Source of the DNA: Chrysomallon squamiferum
Lineage: Eukaryota > Animalia > Mollusca
Length of the DNA stretch: 64,000 nt
Direction: 5' to 3'
NCBI GenBank assembly: GCA_012295275.1
Contig: CM022675.1
Span: 13,144,001-13,208,000, forward strand
This document shows, one piece after another, positions 1-13,643 of this stretch. Within the stretch, counting starts at the first letter, position 1. Each line of letters opens with the position of its first letter. The notes under the pieces were generated by a model. It had not been told where the DNA came from, made no database searches, and saw only the letters and a list, made by a program, of their open reading frames with translations. The position numbers and the translations under genes were made by a program.

Positions 1-556
1 TGCCAGTAGTCGAGAGGTTTGAAATTATTTATAAAATACAAGATTTAAGTCGCAGTGGAGTTTAGTACGGTGTGCTCCTACTTGTTACACATCCCATTTG
101 TCAGACTGTTTATGATCACAGTCGTTATGTCTGAAAGCTCGACTAACCAACCATGTGTTGTTTACCTGTGTCTCATAAACGGATCAGTTAAACAATAAGA
201 AGTAATAAGAAGTAATAAGAATTTTCATTAAATTTTCGATATCAAATATTTAATTCTGGCTTCATGTAAAAAAAAAAAAAATAATAATAATAAAAAATAA
301 ATAAATAATAATAATAATAATAGTAATAATAATAATAAAAAATAATAATAAAAAAATTATTAGAGATATTAATTAAATTTTGGCAATGTCTTTAATCCTG
401 CATTTTCTTAGAAACTTTTAACACGTAACTCTTTTTCTTTTCATTATTTATTTCTTTATTTGTTTCTTAGGTAAGAGGTTTTAAATTTCATCATCATCAT
501 CGACACATTATTATTATTATTATTATTATTACTACTATTATTATTAATTATTCATT

Positions 557-658
<102 letters not shown>

Positions 659-1137
659 TTTGTGTTGTAATTAATTTTTTTTCCTCACTCGATATATTGT
701 TCAGTTTTAGTCCATTATTTTCCCATCTTCAGTAATATTCCAACGACATCAACCTAATACATATTCATTACTTGATTGCTACTGCCGTAGTTAATGTTAC
801 GTCATGTAGATTGTAGCTGACGTCACAGCGCCATTTGGAGGTTAATTGTTGTTTGATTGTATAACAAGAAACATAAATAATACATACTGGTAAGTATTAT
901 GTTGGTTTCTCATGGCATAGATATGAAATATGCATACAAAAGAAAATCTCTCTGGACTACAATTGACTTTCTTAAGATACCCAGAGGGAAACGTGGGGAA
1001 ATTAAAATGTCGTAGTTTGACACTTTCGTTTGTTTTGTGTGCATTACAATTAGCGTAACAGCTTAACCTTTATAGAAATAACTGTTTATTTATTCAACGA
1101 GTTTTGTCATTACTGTTATTATGATTGTTGTTGTTGC

Positions 1138-1192
<55 letters not shown>

Positions 1193-1535
1193 TATTTTTG
1201 TTGTTGTTGCTGTTATTGTTGTTATTGTTATTATAAATAAATATAATAATAATAATAACAATAACAACAACAACAACTACTACAATAACAAACTAAATAA
1301 ATAAATAAAATGTAAAAATTCGTGACGGTTAAATATTATTATTAGGAAACCTTTTAAAAATATATTATTCATAAACTATAAAAAAATGTATAATTTTGTT
1401 TTTTTTGTTTATTTGTTTTGTTTGTTTTTTTATTTTTATTTTTTTTATTTTAAGAATAGGATTTCAGTAATTTCATTTTGGGAAATATAATAATTATTGC
1501 GTAGAAATATTTTATTATTGTGATTATTGTTGTTG

Positions 1536-1619
<84 letters not shown>

Positions 1620-1624
<5 letters not shown>

Positions 1625-2720
1625 TGTATTTTGTGAAATAACTTTTCACCGGTTTCATATTATTGTGAGTTTTGTAATTATTATGTAAAATAGATTTAAT
1701 CACCAGCTTTCTAATTTGTGAAAAGGATTCTATTCATTATCATTATTTCACTCTTTAATCTATAAAACTTTTTTTTCCTATTTAGTATCATTTTAAATTG
1801 TGAAATAGATTTTATTTTATCGTTTTCATTTATGGAATTGCTTTAAATTACTTACGATCACTGTAATATGTGAAATAGTTTTATATGATTGTTTTGTGAT
1901 ACTTTCATAATGTGAATATACTTTTTCTTTATCAAGCTTTCATTTAGACTTGTGAAATTGTCTTTACTTATTATTTTCTGATTATTTTATTTCATCAAAT
2001 GTCTTTATATTTTGTTAGAGTCATTTTAGTTTGTTAAATTGCTTTTTATTAGTTCTGTTTTGCTATATTTTTAATTTGTGAAACTATTTTATTTAAATAT
2101 CACGGTCACTTTTATTTGTAATGATCTTCCACAGAAATAGCTTTTAATTTATGAAATACTTTTATTTTATTACATTGCTATTATTTTATTATAGTACAAT
2201 TAAATGTTCGCGAAATATTAATGAAGTTGTATTTCGTTATATCATGTTATTAATATTTCGCAAACATTTAATTGCGAAATTACTTAATTGTAAATCGAAT
2301 AATGTATTTTCATAGCATAAGTAATTTTTTGTATGAAAATACCATCTTGATTTCTGTGCATGAAATAGCTTTTTAAAATATCATCATTTATATTAGATGT
2401 TGTGAAATAGCTCATCTAAAATATCCACATTTTATTTTAATTGTATATTAGCTTTTTGAAATATCATCATTTATATTAAGTTTTGTGAAATAGCTTTTCT
2501 AAAATATCCACATTTTATTTTATTTGTATATTAGCTTTTTGAAATATCATCATTTATATTAATTTTTGTGAAATAGCTTTTCTAAAACATCCACATTTTT
2601 TTTATTTGAGTAATAGCTTGTGAAAAACATCGTCATTATTTTTATATTTTATTTAGTTTTATTTTATTTATTTTTTTTTTGAGACAGCTTTTCTAAAATG
2701 TAGACCTCATTTATATTTGT
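1620..2720. repeat. AT-rich minisatellite: degenerate ~41-bp monomer with a homogenised 83-bp dimer at ~2360-2640
   Basis: TGTGAAATAG occurs at 2401, 2484 and 2567 (period 83). Degenerate ttgtgaaat motifs recur back to ~1630. Confidence 0.75.
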
Positions 2721-3607
2721 AAAATAGTTTAAACAGAATAAGCTCTTCTTAAAACTGTCAATATTTTTATTTCTCATATAAGTATGATACATATTTCGCA
2801 GTTGGCTGCTACAAAATTTAAAAACAACAGATCACAAAATGTGGATCGCTTTTCTGCACAACCAGATTATTTCTGAATCAGATTTTACACGATTCTGATA
2901 CTAGAAACTGCTACATCTGATACCAAACGACCTTCATTCGGTTTCAGTTATTATTACTTTTAATTTTCAATATTTATTACATGAAAAGCATGCAGAAGAA
3001 AACGACGCACATTAATTGTAATAAGCTCTACGTTTTTTGATCGATACGAAATGATAAATGCATATTTGGGTTTTTTGTTTTCATCTAGTAAATAAGGAGA
3101 AAACTAATAAATATGGAGATATTCAGAGAAAGCACAAATTAGTTCAGGTGCGTTAAGCTTTTCCATAATTCATAAGTTCAATTAGTGCGCAGGATCATCT
3201 GCGTGAAGCATGCGTAAAACGTGCGCGAACAGGTGAAAAGTAACTTGAGTGTGACGTCTTCTCGTTGCTAAGTGGTCAGCGTTGGTTTTAATGTGGCCGT
3301 TGAACCACGTTTGTGGTCAGTTGTCAATTTCTGTTATTAAACTTGGCACTGATGTCATGTTTTTTTTTCTTCCTGTTTTTTTTCTTTCTTTCTTTCTTTC
3401 TTTTTTTTTTGTTTTTTTTGTTTTTTCTTGTAAAGTGCTTTAAAAAGAAATCCCAATGGTGATATTCTATGAACATGGTAATAAAGCTTGTCAAAGATTT
3501 TTCAATTATTATTTTTTTAACAGTATTAAACATGCTTAAAAAGGTACTTGCTGCAAATCTTTTGTGGTCACATTAACTTTACTGAAACGAAATAGTAGTG
3601 TGTGCGT

Positions 3608-3647
<40 letters not shown>

Positions 3648-4259
3648 ATTTGTTCGTTATTCTTTTTTTTTAAATAAACATGATAAGTTGTGTTTATTAG
3701 AAATCAACAGATTCCAATAAACAGTTTTCTTAATATGATAAATTATACAGCTAAGTTCTTTTTTTTTTCTTTCTTACTTTTCATTTATTTTTAAATATTA
3801 TTTTGCTGTTTTTGTATGTTTGTTTGCTTATTTATTAATTTGTTTATTTACTTACTTATTTATTTACATACTTACTTTTAATTTTACTGTTATTATTATT
3901 TGTTTGTTTAGACTTGAGCAATTTTCTTTCATTTTTATTTATTTTTATTTTTCTAACACACACACACACATAATAAAACATATGTATTTATTTCTGGTGT
4001 ACCTGTTTATCTTTTAACATCTGTCATTTGTACATACGTCTGTATGTTTCTTTACGAATATGTAATGCATCGTTGTTATGACGATTAATCTATCAATTAT
4101 GCAAAACGTGACTGAGCTTCAAATCAAACTACATAACTTGTTATACACTAATCAATAGACCTGCATGTACGGACATGAAATCAAAAAAAAAATAAAATAA
4201 ATTAAAATAAAATGAAATAAAATAAAAGATAATAATGAAAAAAAAGGTAAAAGATAATG

Positions 4260-4320
<61 letters not shown>

Positions 4321-5099
4321 AGAAAAAAAATAAAATTAAAAATATTAGGAAGCAATAGAAGAAAAAAATTAAAAAAATGAAGCCTCTTCAATCATGAAAG
4401 CTATTAAGATGACATTTTCTCAACAAGTGATATACAAACACAACAAAACAAGTTCGTGCTTGAGTATGTGGGTTCACGACCTGGTAGGTGGGAGCGTTAC
4501 AAAGTGAGATGTTTACACAGCCAACAAGAGTCGTTTAGACTCGTTTTCCACCACGTTTGATGTGTGGCGCTGTTTTGTTGTTTTCCACTGACTAACTGAC
4601 GTCACACGTTACGTATTAGTTACAAGTACATTGCTGTTAGAGACTGGTAAACAACACAAGATGTGTCAAGCGATTTCTTTGTTGTACGATTCTCGATACA
4701 ACACAACGCGCTCGTTTTGTTTTTTTTCTTGATGTTTTCTCTTTACTTACGGTCAGTTCAGAAATATACAGCAGCTAATAACGTAATCTTTATGAATAGC
4801 CAGTGCATGCGTGCGTGCGTGCGTGCACGAGAGTGGTTTTATTGTTTAATAATGTATTCATTGAGTGAGGATAAACAACAACAACCTTGAGATGTGCGAT
4901 AACATAAATACACAAACACACACATACGTAAACACACATGCAAACACACACATAAACACATACACCAACCGCACATATACAAACAGTGGTACATAAACAC
5001 AAATACACAAAGGTAAACACATATACACAAACATATACATTCATACATAAATATGCGCCTATGTGTAAATTTCCGTGGACGTATATGTTTCCTAATATG

Positions 5100-5151
<52 letters not shown>

Positions 5152-5780
5152 AACACACACACAAACACACATACTATTACTAATACAAGTACTACCATTA
5201 TTGTTCCTCCTACTAATACTACTATTACAAACAGAATATAATTGAGAACGATAATAAGGACGATGAAATTAACACCAGCAATGTCTGCAATAATGATAAT
5301 AACAACAAGAACGTATCTGTATTTCATTACACAGAAGAATTAAAAAAAAAAAAAAAAAAAAAAAATTCAAATATACAGAAGATTCCATTTAAGTTTCATA
5401 TTTCATGTTTTTATTTCACAGTTGATTTCTCATTCACGTTATTAATGCCTAGTTTGGAGATTATAGCTGTTGTCTGGATATATAACTGTTATTATTAAGT
5501 TGTCACCTAATTAGTATTTTAATTAATGAAACGTAAGTTTGTTTAGACGACCTTTTTATGGTTGCTAAGTAACAGTAGATGAAAATTAATGCAGAGAGGT
5601 ATCTTTTTCTTTGTTCTGTAGCAGTCCACAGCTTTGATTTGATTTTATGAGTTCATTTGAATTATTTTATTTTCGTTTCACATTAATCATGTAGGCTTAG
5701 GTGTGTGTCTATATATATCTATATATATATCTATATAGATATATGCATGTATGTGTGTATGTATGAATATATACACATAC

Positions 5781-5878
5781 AGACGTAATCCACAGTGAAT
5801 ATATATGTGTGTGTGTATGTGTATATATATACGCATACACACATATATATATATATATATTCACTGTGGATTCCGTCT
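5781..5878. repeat. Near-perfect inverted repeat/hairpin (MITE-like palindrome)
   Basis: agacgtaatccacagtgaatatatat at the left end and atatatattcactgtggattccgtct at the right end are reverse complements with 1 mismatch. The inner tgtgtgtatgtgtata/tatacgcatacacaca also pairs. Confidence 0.85.
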
Positions 5879-6203
5879 AAAGCGAATTCACTTGTGACCA
5901 ATGATATAAGTCATTTTAGACAAAATGACGAATTACAACGATTAAAATAACGTAAAACTGGAATATATTTTATTACAAATGTTAAAGTTAAACTTCTATC
6001 AAGGTCAGCGGAGAAATAGTCTGTAACTGATGTCTTAGGGGGGTTTGTGTTGTTTTTGTGTGTGTTTTTCATGTTTCTCTCGAAAGCAAACTCCTCTGAC
6101 ATGGCATACGTGTTTAACATTGGTTTCAGGAGTCTGCTTTCGGTAACAGGAGCAAACGATTTAATTTGTTTTGTCACTTTAAGAACGTCACTGTACGAAA
6201 GTG

Positions 6204-6220
6204 AGGTCAAAGTTAGGTCA
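6204..6220 (+). promoter_or_regulatory. Perfect DR5 nuclear-receptor element AGGTCA-n5-AGGTCA
   Basis: AGGTCA aagtt AGGTCA. This is a motif match only. Confidence 0.35.
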
Positions 6221-7490
6221 GTGTAAGAAAGTCGTGTGTATCGTCAGTTCACTCAGGTTTTAAACTTGTCTCTCGCTTCTCGTTTTCTGTCTGCCTAAAT
6301 GTTGGTTTCGTACAACTGCCGTCAGTGGTCACTATGCTTCTTTTTAAACTGCATCAGTTAAAGGCTGCTTTTTGCAAAGTCCACTGTTTATATATGTTTG
6401 AGTGTCTGTGTGTGTGCCTGTATGCATGTGCGTGTGAGTGCGCGTTCGCGCCTGTGTAGAAATGTATCTATTTATTGTATTATTTCAGTTTAACTTTGTT
6501 TATTTATTTATTTTTTTATTATTTTTGTTTTTTTTAAAATTTAATTTTAGATTTCTTATTTTATAATATTGGAATTAATGATATTCAGTTCACAAATTTA
6601 AGCGATGTTTCAGATACAACCTCAGAAATAATTAAAAACCAAAAAAAAAAAACACCACACACACACCAAAAAAAAAATGTGAAGACGGAATATTTGCGTT
6701 CAGGCAAACATCTTCCTTCACTAATACCACTCTCAATGTTTAACTTGTTACTTTTTTCTTGTGGACAGTTTTAATAAAAGAAACGCCATTATTTCATTGT
6801 ACTGAATTCAGCGAATGTAATTTTACGTCATGTCAATTATGTGACGTCATAATGTATCCATCATCCAGGGACTTAACGGGCTATTTCCTGCAAAAACCGG
6901 ATGTCAAAGTAAATCAGCGCCTATCACTCGGAGCACCAACAGGAAGTTATGACAGCGGAAGAGAATCAGAAACAATTATTTTCTTTGTCGTAGAAAACGT
7001 GTAAATTTTTGTCTCTAAGTAGATACTACATATTTTTATTTTATTACTTTTTTTAATTTTTTTTTTTGATGTCTTGATTAGTTACAGAAAATAAGTTCTA
7101 CTATTACCGATACTTCTACTTCTAGCACTACTACTACTACTACTACTACAATAACTACTAAAACTATTACTACTGCAACTACTACTACGGCACTACCACT
7201 GCGTCTATTACTCCTATTACCACTACCAGAGCTACTACTACTTTGACAGCATCCTACCACCATTCCTACTCTGGCTACTACTACTACTACTGCCGATACT
7301 ATAATTATTATATTACTATAGCATCACCACTATTATTAATACTACTGTTAATATTGCTCCTATCACTACTAATACTACTACTGTCGTAACAACTACAGCT
7401 ATTACTACTACAACTACTGCTACGTATAAACACGCCACAAACGTATGTAAAGGTTATTTGTGAGGACGTTTTGGCGAAAATGGATCTGAT

Positions 7491-7530
<40 letters not shown>

Positions 7531-8050
7531 GAGACAGACAGAAAATACAAAAAGTCACAGAGGCACAACGACCGAAGCACAGACAGACAGAATGATGTAT
7601 CAGTAGAACGTCCAATAGTTGTCACTAACGTATCCCTGTGACAGGCTCGTATTAAACTTTGTCACTAAATCTGTGACATATTAATATTACGTCACCTACA
7701 CAATGTCACCTGTGTGTCGCGTATCAGTCGTCTGTATTAAACTTTGTCACCCGTCGTCTGACACGATGTTATCACGTGACACCTAAGCAGGCCCACCTAT
7801 TGGCCAACAGTTTGCCGTCTGCTTCACGGCGTTAAGTGACGATGTTGTTGTTGTGTTTTCGTGGCCAGACACGTCACTGAACAACTTTCAATTTAATTAC
7901 TGCTTTGAACGGAGAATGAACGTTTGTTACGACGTCACGTCAGTTCGTAGACAGGCATGAATCACTTTTACGCAAAATGGTGTCGCTTAAGACGTCATAA
8001 AAAAAATGAAGGTTTTATAACATACATTGTTCTGTCACAGTTAGAATACA

Positions 8051-8096
<46 letters not shown>

Positions 8097-8101
8097 TCGG
8101 T

Positions 8102-8168
<67 letters not shown>

Positions 8169-8364
8169 AAAAATAAATGTAATACAGACTAAAGTAAAAT
8201 AAAATAAAATACGAGATTAAGACGGAACTAAAGTACAAGTTAAACATAACAGCTATGAGTAAATTTGTGAAGAGTAACTGATGTGTAATTATATTAAAGC
8301 TGATAGGTGCGATTACAACCGCTTATCCTCTCTGTTTCGTTCTTTTTCATACCCGCTATCTGTA

Positions 8365-8449
<85 letters not shown>

Positions 8450-10008
8450 CACACACACACACACATGCACGCACGCGCACACACACACACGACAGTCGTG
8501 CTGAAACCCTGAAACACGTGACTGTCTCCTTCACAAAATGATTATCGCTGTTTGTGCTAAACTTAAGACATTTTAGCTGTCGGTAAATATTGGAAAACTG
8601 CGGCGCACACCGGTAGTTAATTTGGCACCACTCAATGAATGTTAAAACACTCGTGGGAAGGTGACGTGCAAACGAAGAACAAATGTTCTATGTAAATAAA
8701 TGAAATGGACAGAATGAAGAGAGAAACGCCGTTTTCTGTATAATTATTGTCGTAGTGCACGTTTGAAAGCGAGTCAAGATTATTTATGGACATGTGCAAG
8801 AAGAGAACAGTTGTGGTTTGAAGCCGTTTGAAATTTTTATTACTGTCTTTTACAAAGATGTATGAAATTTAATGTGCGTAATAGAGTTCTAAAGAAAAAT
8901 TCATTTCTTTCACTGACCAGTATGGACATATACACGCACAAATATATACACGCACATACATACATTCAAACATACATACAGTTATACGTTGAGTATTATA
9001 CATACATAAATGTAATACGTGTATACATAAGCGATAAATAGTTATAATCTATGTATTCGTATGTATGCGTACGTATGTATGTTTGTCTCTATGTATGTAT
9101 GGATGGACGTGTTAATGTTTATATGTATATATATGCATAAATAAGCATGTGTCTGTGTGTGTGCGTGTATGTGCGTGTTTTTGTGTGCGTGTGTTTATAT
9201 AACTGTACATTTTTGTATTAACAAGAAACATACTAATTTATATATAGTATAAGTAAATATGTATTACTGTTTTTGTTAGCATCAATGCAAATAACTTGTA
9301 TCGTAACAAGAAGAAATTCATTGTCATTTTTTAAAAATAGATTAAAACTGTTTGCTTTCATCTCTCTGTACTTTACACACCATGTTATTTTTACCTGGAA
9401 GAAGTCAAACAAATATACAAACCATATTTACAGTCCATTCATAATTTATTTTAACATATATGTTCGAGTTAATTCACTTAATCAACGCGTCTTAAAACAA
9501 CAGCGTCATGCATACTATGACGTAAAACAAGTGACGTATATTGAGTGCTATACTGGGATGGGTTCTACGTTTCTGTAAAAAAAATGGCGTCGGTAAAGAA
9601 ACAAAGTTACTCTGTTACGTGTCGCAGTCGCTGTATATTCACAGGGGCGTGTCGGACAGTGTGATTAATTAATAACCAGTGCCTTAAGAAGAGTTGTGAT
9701 TTTTTAATGCTAATGATCTGACAAGATATTTTTCTTACACCTGAACGCTTTTGTTTGTTTACGGTAACGCGCTGGGTCTTGCCGGCAATTAGACAGGTTG
9801 AAAAAACGTTTTATCTACGTTTCGCTTACCTCGATAAATTTATAATAAGTCGGAGTCAAAGTGAAATCAGTTGTAAACTTTCAAATCTTCCTCCGTGTTT
9901 CCATGGACGGGGGAAAACAAAGCAAACGACTCTTAAAAAGCAAACAATACGCATCAGAAAAAACTTTCACTTACTGACGTTTGTCGTATTTTATATTAAC
10001 CCTAGCTT

Positions 10009-10079
10009 CGGTCACGGTGGGTGCGGTGGTGACAGTGGGTGCGGTCACAGTGGGTGCGGTCATACTGGGTGCGATCACT
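10009..10079. repeat. GC-rich 15-bp tandem repeat (cagtgggtgcggtca), ~4 copies
   Basis: Direct reading of the repeated gtgggtgcggtcaca units. Confidence 0.8.
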
Positions 10080-10433
10080 ATCTCAAAGATAAAATCCACG
10101 CCTAACAATTCGTGGCTACTTGGATCGATTCTCTGCACCGAAACTTTTAACCTGTATCCCGTTCCGTCCCTTACTACTGATTTATCAAAGGCTGTGATTT
10201 GAATTCCCACTACCAAAGGGAAGGCGCACGTTAAAAACAAATATTTTGCTGCTAATTAGTAAAAATATCGAATGAAGTAGCCTTATAGGATTTCTTCTTA
10301 TAAAAGAAAAATATTATATCAGTGAGAAAAGTCAAAATATATGTCGAGAATCATGTACTGATGTGCTCAGTAACTGCATGTGAATATGTATTAACAATAA
10401 CTGATGTGTACATTTAAATATTACTGACCCAAC

Positions 10434-10516
<83 letters not shown>

Positions 10517-10609
10517 ATCACACTCACACACAAACCACCACCACCACAACAACAACAACAAAAACAGTAATAATAATATTAGTAATAGTAATAATAAAAA
10601 TAATAATAA

Positions 10610-10640
<31 letters not shown>

Positions 10641-11202
10641 AAGAAAAAAAGAAGAAAAAGAAGAAGAAGAAGAATTAAAAATATAAGATAGGCTGGAGAT
10701 GGCTATAATAGTTGTATTAATTTAAAAGACGTCGGAATGTTAGAATAATATCTCTTATAGTTTCGTAGGAGAAACGTGGGCAGAAACTGAAGTTACTTTA
10801 TTAAATATTAACTTAATTTTATTTTTGGTTATCATCGTTTACTAAATAGGAATTCTAAAAATAGACACCGAGTAAAAAGTTAAAAAAAAACATATTTTAG
10901 TAAAATAATAAATTTTTATTTTTATTTATTTATTTACTATTATTATTTTTTATATTTATTTACATATTTATTTATTTATTATTTTTATTATTTTTATTTT
11001 TTTATTTTTTTTTTTATTATTTTTAAATGTTTTTCTTTTTCATTCTCGAGTGATTAGTTTCTTTCTTTCAGTTGATGTAAATATATTTTATAAACTGTAG
11101 TGTCCTTGTGTTATCACTTAAACATTTCCGTGGTAGAACAAACAAAAAACTGGTTTTCAAAATACTCTCTATAGTTTCACAGGATTCAGGGTAAACGTGT
11201 AA

Positions 11203-11309
<107 letters not shown>

Positions 11310-12092
11310 TATATTTTAATATTTCTGTTCTATTGTAATACTAATAATAGTTTTTATTTTGATAGAAATAGTAGAATAATGATGATGATGATGATAATAG
11401 TAAAATAATAATAATAATAATAAAGGTAATAGTAGTAGCTGCAGGAGAAAGAATAGTAGTTGTAGTAGCATTAGTATTAGTAGTAGTAGTAGCAGTGGTA
11501 GTGTTGGCAGTGGTTGAGTCTTTCTTGTTCTTGTTGTTGCCAGTGTACTAAAAGTAATGTCTACAGAGAGCACTAAAATGCGTACAGATAAATCAATAAT
11601 AATTATATATATACATACATAGATACATACATACATACATACATACATACATTCATATATACATACAATCATACACACAGACACACATACATAAATAGAG
11701 TGAATTTTATATGCGTATGTGTGTATATGGTGTATGTAGTATATGCATGTGCGTGTGTATGCGTGATCGTGTACATTATTATATTTGCAGTAATTTTACA
11801 TTAAAAATCTTTAAGGGTTTTTTTTTTGGTTGTTCTTTTTTAATATATTTTTATAAGTACATCCACCTTTTAATATTGATTTCTACCATCGATCCGTTTA
11901 AAAAGGAAATTTTTCTTTATCCTTTTCTTTTCCTTGTTTTTTCTCTTTTTTTTCTCTCTTAAATGCATTTTGACATCTGAGTCCTCTCTATAATTTCTCT
12001 CGAGTGGCTTGCTTTAATTTCTGCATGAAATTGCGTTTAACCCTTCACTCGCTAAGGACCTCTCGTTACAGTCTCGAATAGGATCTGTGTGG

Positions 12093-12102
12093 TTAAAATC
12101 TA
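12093..12102 (-). CDS. Candidate terminal coding exon of the neuropeptide precursor (ends S-R-F-stop or R-F-stop)
   Basis: The minus strand reads attttgttcttcCAG TAG ATTTTAA: a polypyrimidine tract plus a NAGNAG acceptor. Joined to the phase-2 donor at 13309 it gives ...PQ(S)RF*. Speculative; other acceptors are possible. Confidence 0.25.
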
Positions 12103-13308
12103 CTGGAAGAACAAAATATTTTCTTTAATGAAGGACTCTGTATGTTTTAAATGTTCGATTGTATACGTATTGTAGATTGTCGGTGGTATCTGTCCACTAA
12201 CAGTGTTTTCTTTAATGTTTTTTAGATTTTCATCCAGTTGTATCAAATCGCAATTTTTCTTTGAGCGTAAATGTCTCTCTGTGTCTGGTATTAAAATAAC
12301 AGATTTTTAAAATCATCTGAATCATGGGAAAAAATATTAGTGCATTTAAAATTTATGTAACAGCTTATCATGTGTGTCATTCTTGTTGTTGTTTTATTTG
12401 GGTTTAGAGGAATAAAATTTATCTTCGCTTGATTAAAAAATTCTATTGTCTGAATTTATTATTATTATTATTATTATTTATTTATTATTATTATTATATT
12501 TTATTATTATTTTTTTTTAAGGTAATATTTGCCAGGAACGTCAAACAAAATTCATTTTGTCCTTAGTAACAAACTTTACAGATCACCGCGTTTTTGAATG
12601 CTGTGACAATGAAGATGGCAATAAAAATAATAAAAAAGACAATGACAAAAAAAGATAATGATGAAACATAATATAATAATGATAATAATGAAAATCTAAT
12701 GAAAAAGTAATGATTATAATGATACGAATTATGTAATTATATCAGTTGTGTGGTGGGAAAATCTATCAAACCAGTAGCTGAATAGATAATACGTTTGTTC
12801 TGTGTGTGCGTGTGTGGGGGTGGGGTGGTGTGTGTGTGCGTGCGTGTGTGTTTTTGGGTGCGTGAGTGCCAACCAGTTCAGGTTTATGTTAAAATCCTAA
12901 TTACTTTCGATTACCTGATTTTTCGAATATCTTTGTGTTTTAAAAAGAGATTTTTTCTTCTTCTTTTTATTTTGGTTAATCAGTTATTTAACAAGAACGT
13001 ATTTTGATGAGAATTTTATGTGTAAATTTATTTTCTATAATTATTTCCAAGGGATCGTTTTATTATTATTATTATTATTAGTAGTAGTAGTAGTAGTAGT
13101 AGCAGCAGTAGTAGTAGCAGCAGCAGTAGTAGTAGTAGCAGTAGCAGTAGTAGAAGTATAATATTGTTTTTATTGTTGTTTTCGACTTATTTGTTTATTA
13201 TTATTATTTTAAATTGTTTAGGGGGCAGGTGAGAAAAGTGAAAAAATAATATATATAAAATAAAAAAAAAAATTATAAACAAAATAAACAAAAAAGAAAG
13301 ATGCTGAC

Positions 13309-13643
13309 CTTTGAGGAAAAATCTTCTCTATGACTTTCTTTAAGTTTCTCGAACTTTCCGCCAGCTTTAGAATTTCGCCTGCTGCAGACCTGTCGCGTGG
13401 ATACTCGGGGTACGACGACACCTCGTGGTCCCGCCCTCGTCCCCCGGGAAGCCCGGGCTCCTCGGACTCGGCAATATCCGCCCTTTTCCCCGCGAAATGG
13501 AAGGCATTGCACTGACAGAGATTTCCTCCCCTTCCGTAAGCGCACCGCGCCGCACAGAACGCTTCTTTGTTAAACGATTCGGAGTTGCCGAAAAGGAACG
13601 CCATGATGGTCAGAACGAAAACTGTTAAAGATGACGTAATCAT
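13309..13643 (-). CDS. Cysteine-rich amidated neuropeptide precursor (HFAamide-like), main coding exon
   Basis: ATG at 13643 in the A-rich context aaacaaaATG. Translation: MITSSLTVFVLTIMAFLFGNSES (hydrophobic signal peptide, S-E-S cleavage), then FNKEAFCAARCAYGRGGNLCQCNAFHFA, then GKR (amidation Gly plus dibasic site), then an acidic/Pro-rich spacer. The exon is GC-rich against an AT-rich background. Probable donor AG|GTCAGC at 13309/13308; beyond it the ORF reads as T-rich intron-like sequence up to TAA at 13218-13220. The family name is recalled from annelid/mollusc neuropeptide surveys and was not confirmed by search. Confidence 0.85.

Noticed and set aside
9755-10240. ORFs with GCGHSGCGH or VTVGAV repeats resembling a metal-binding motif
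   Set aside because: They are produced by a 15-bp tandem repeat that is open in several frames, with no supporting gene structure.
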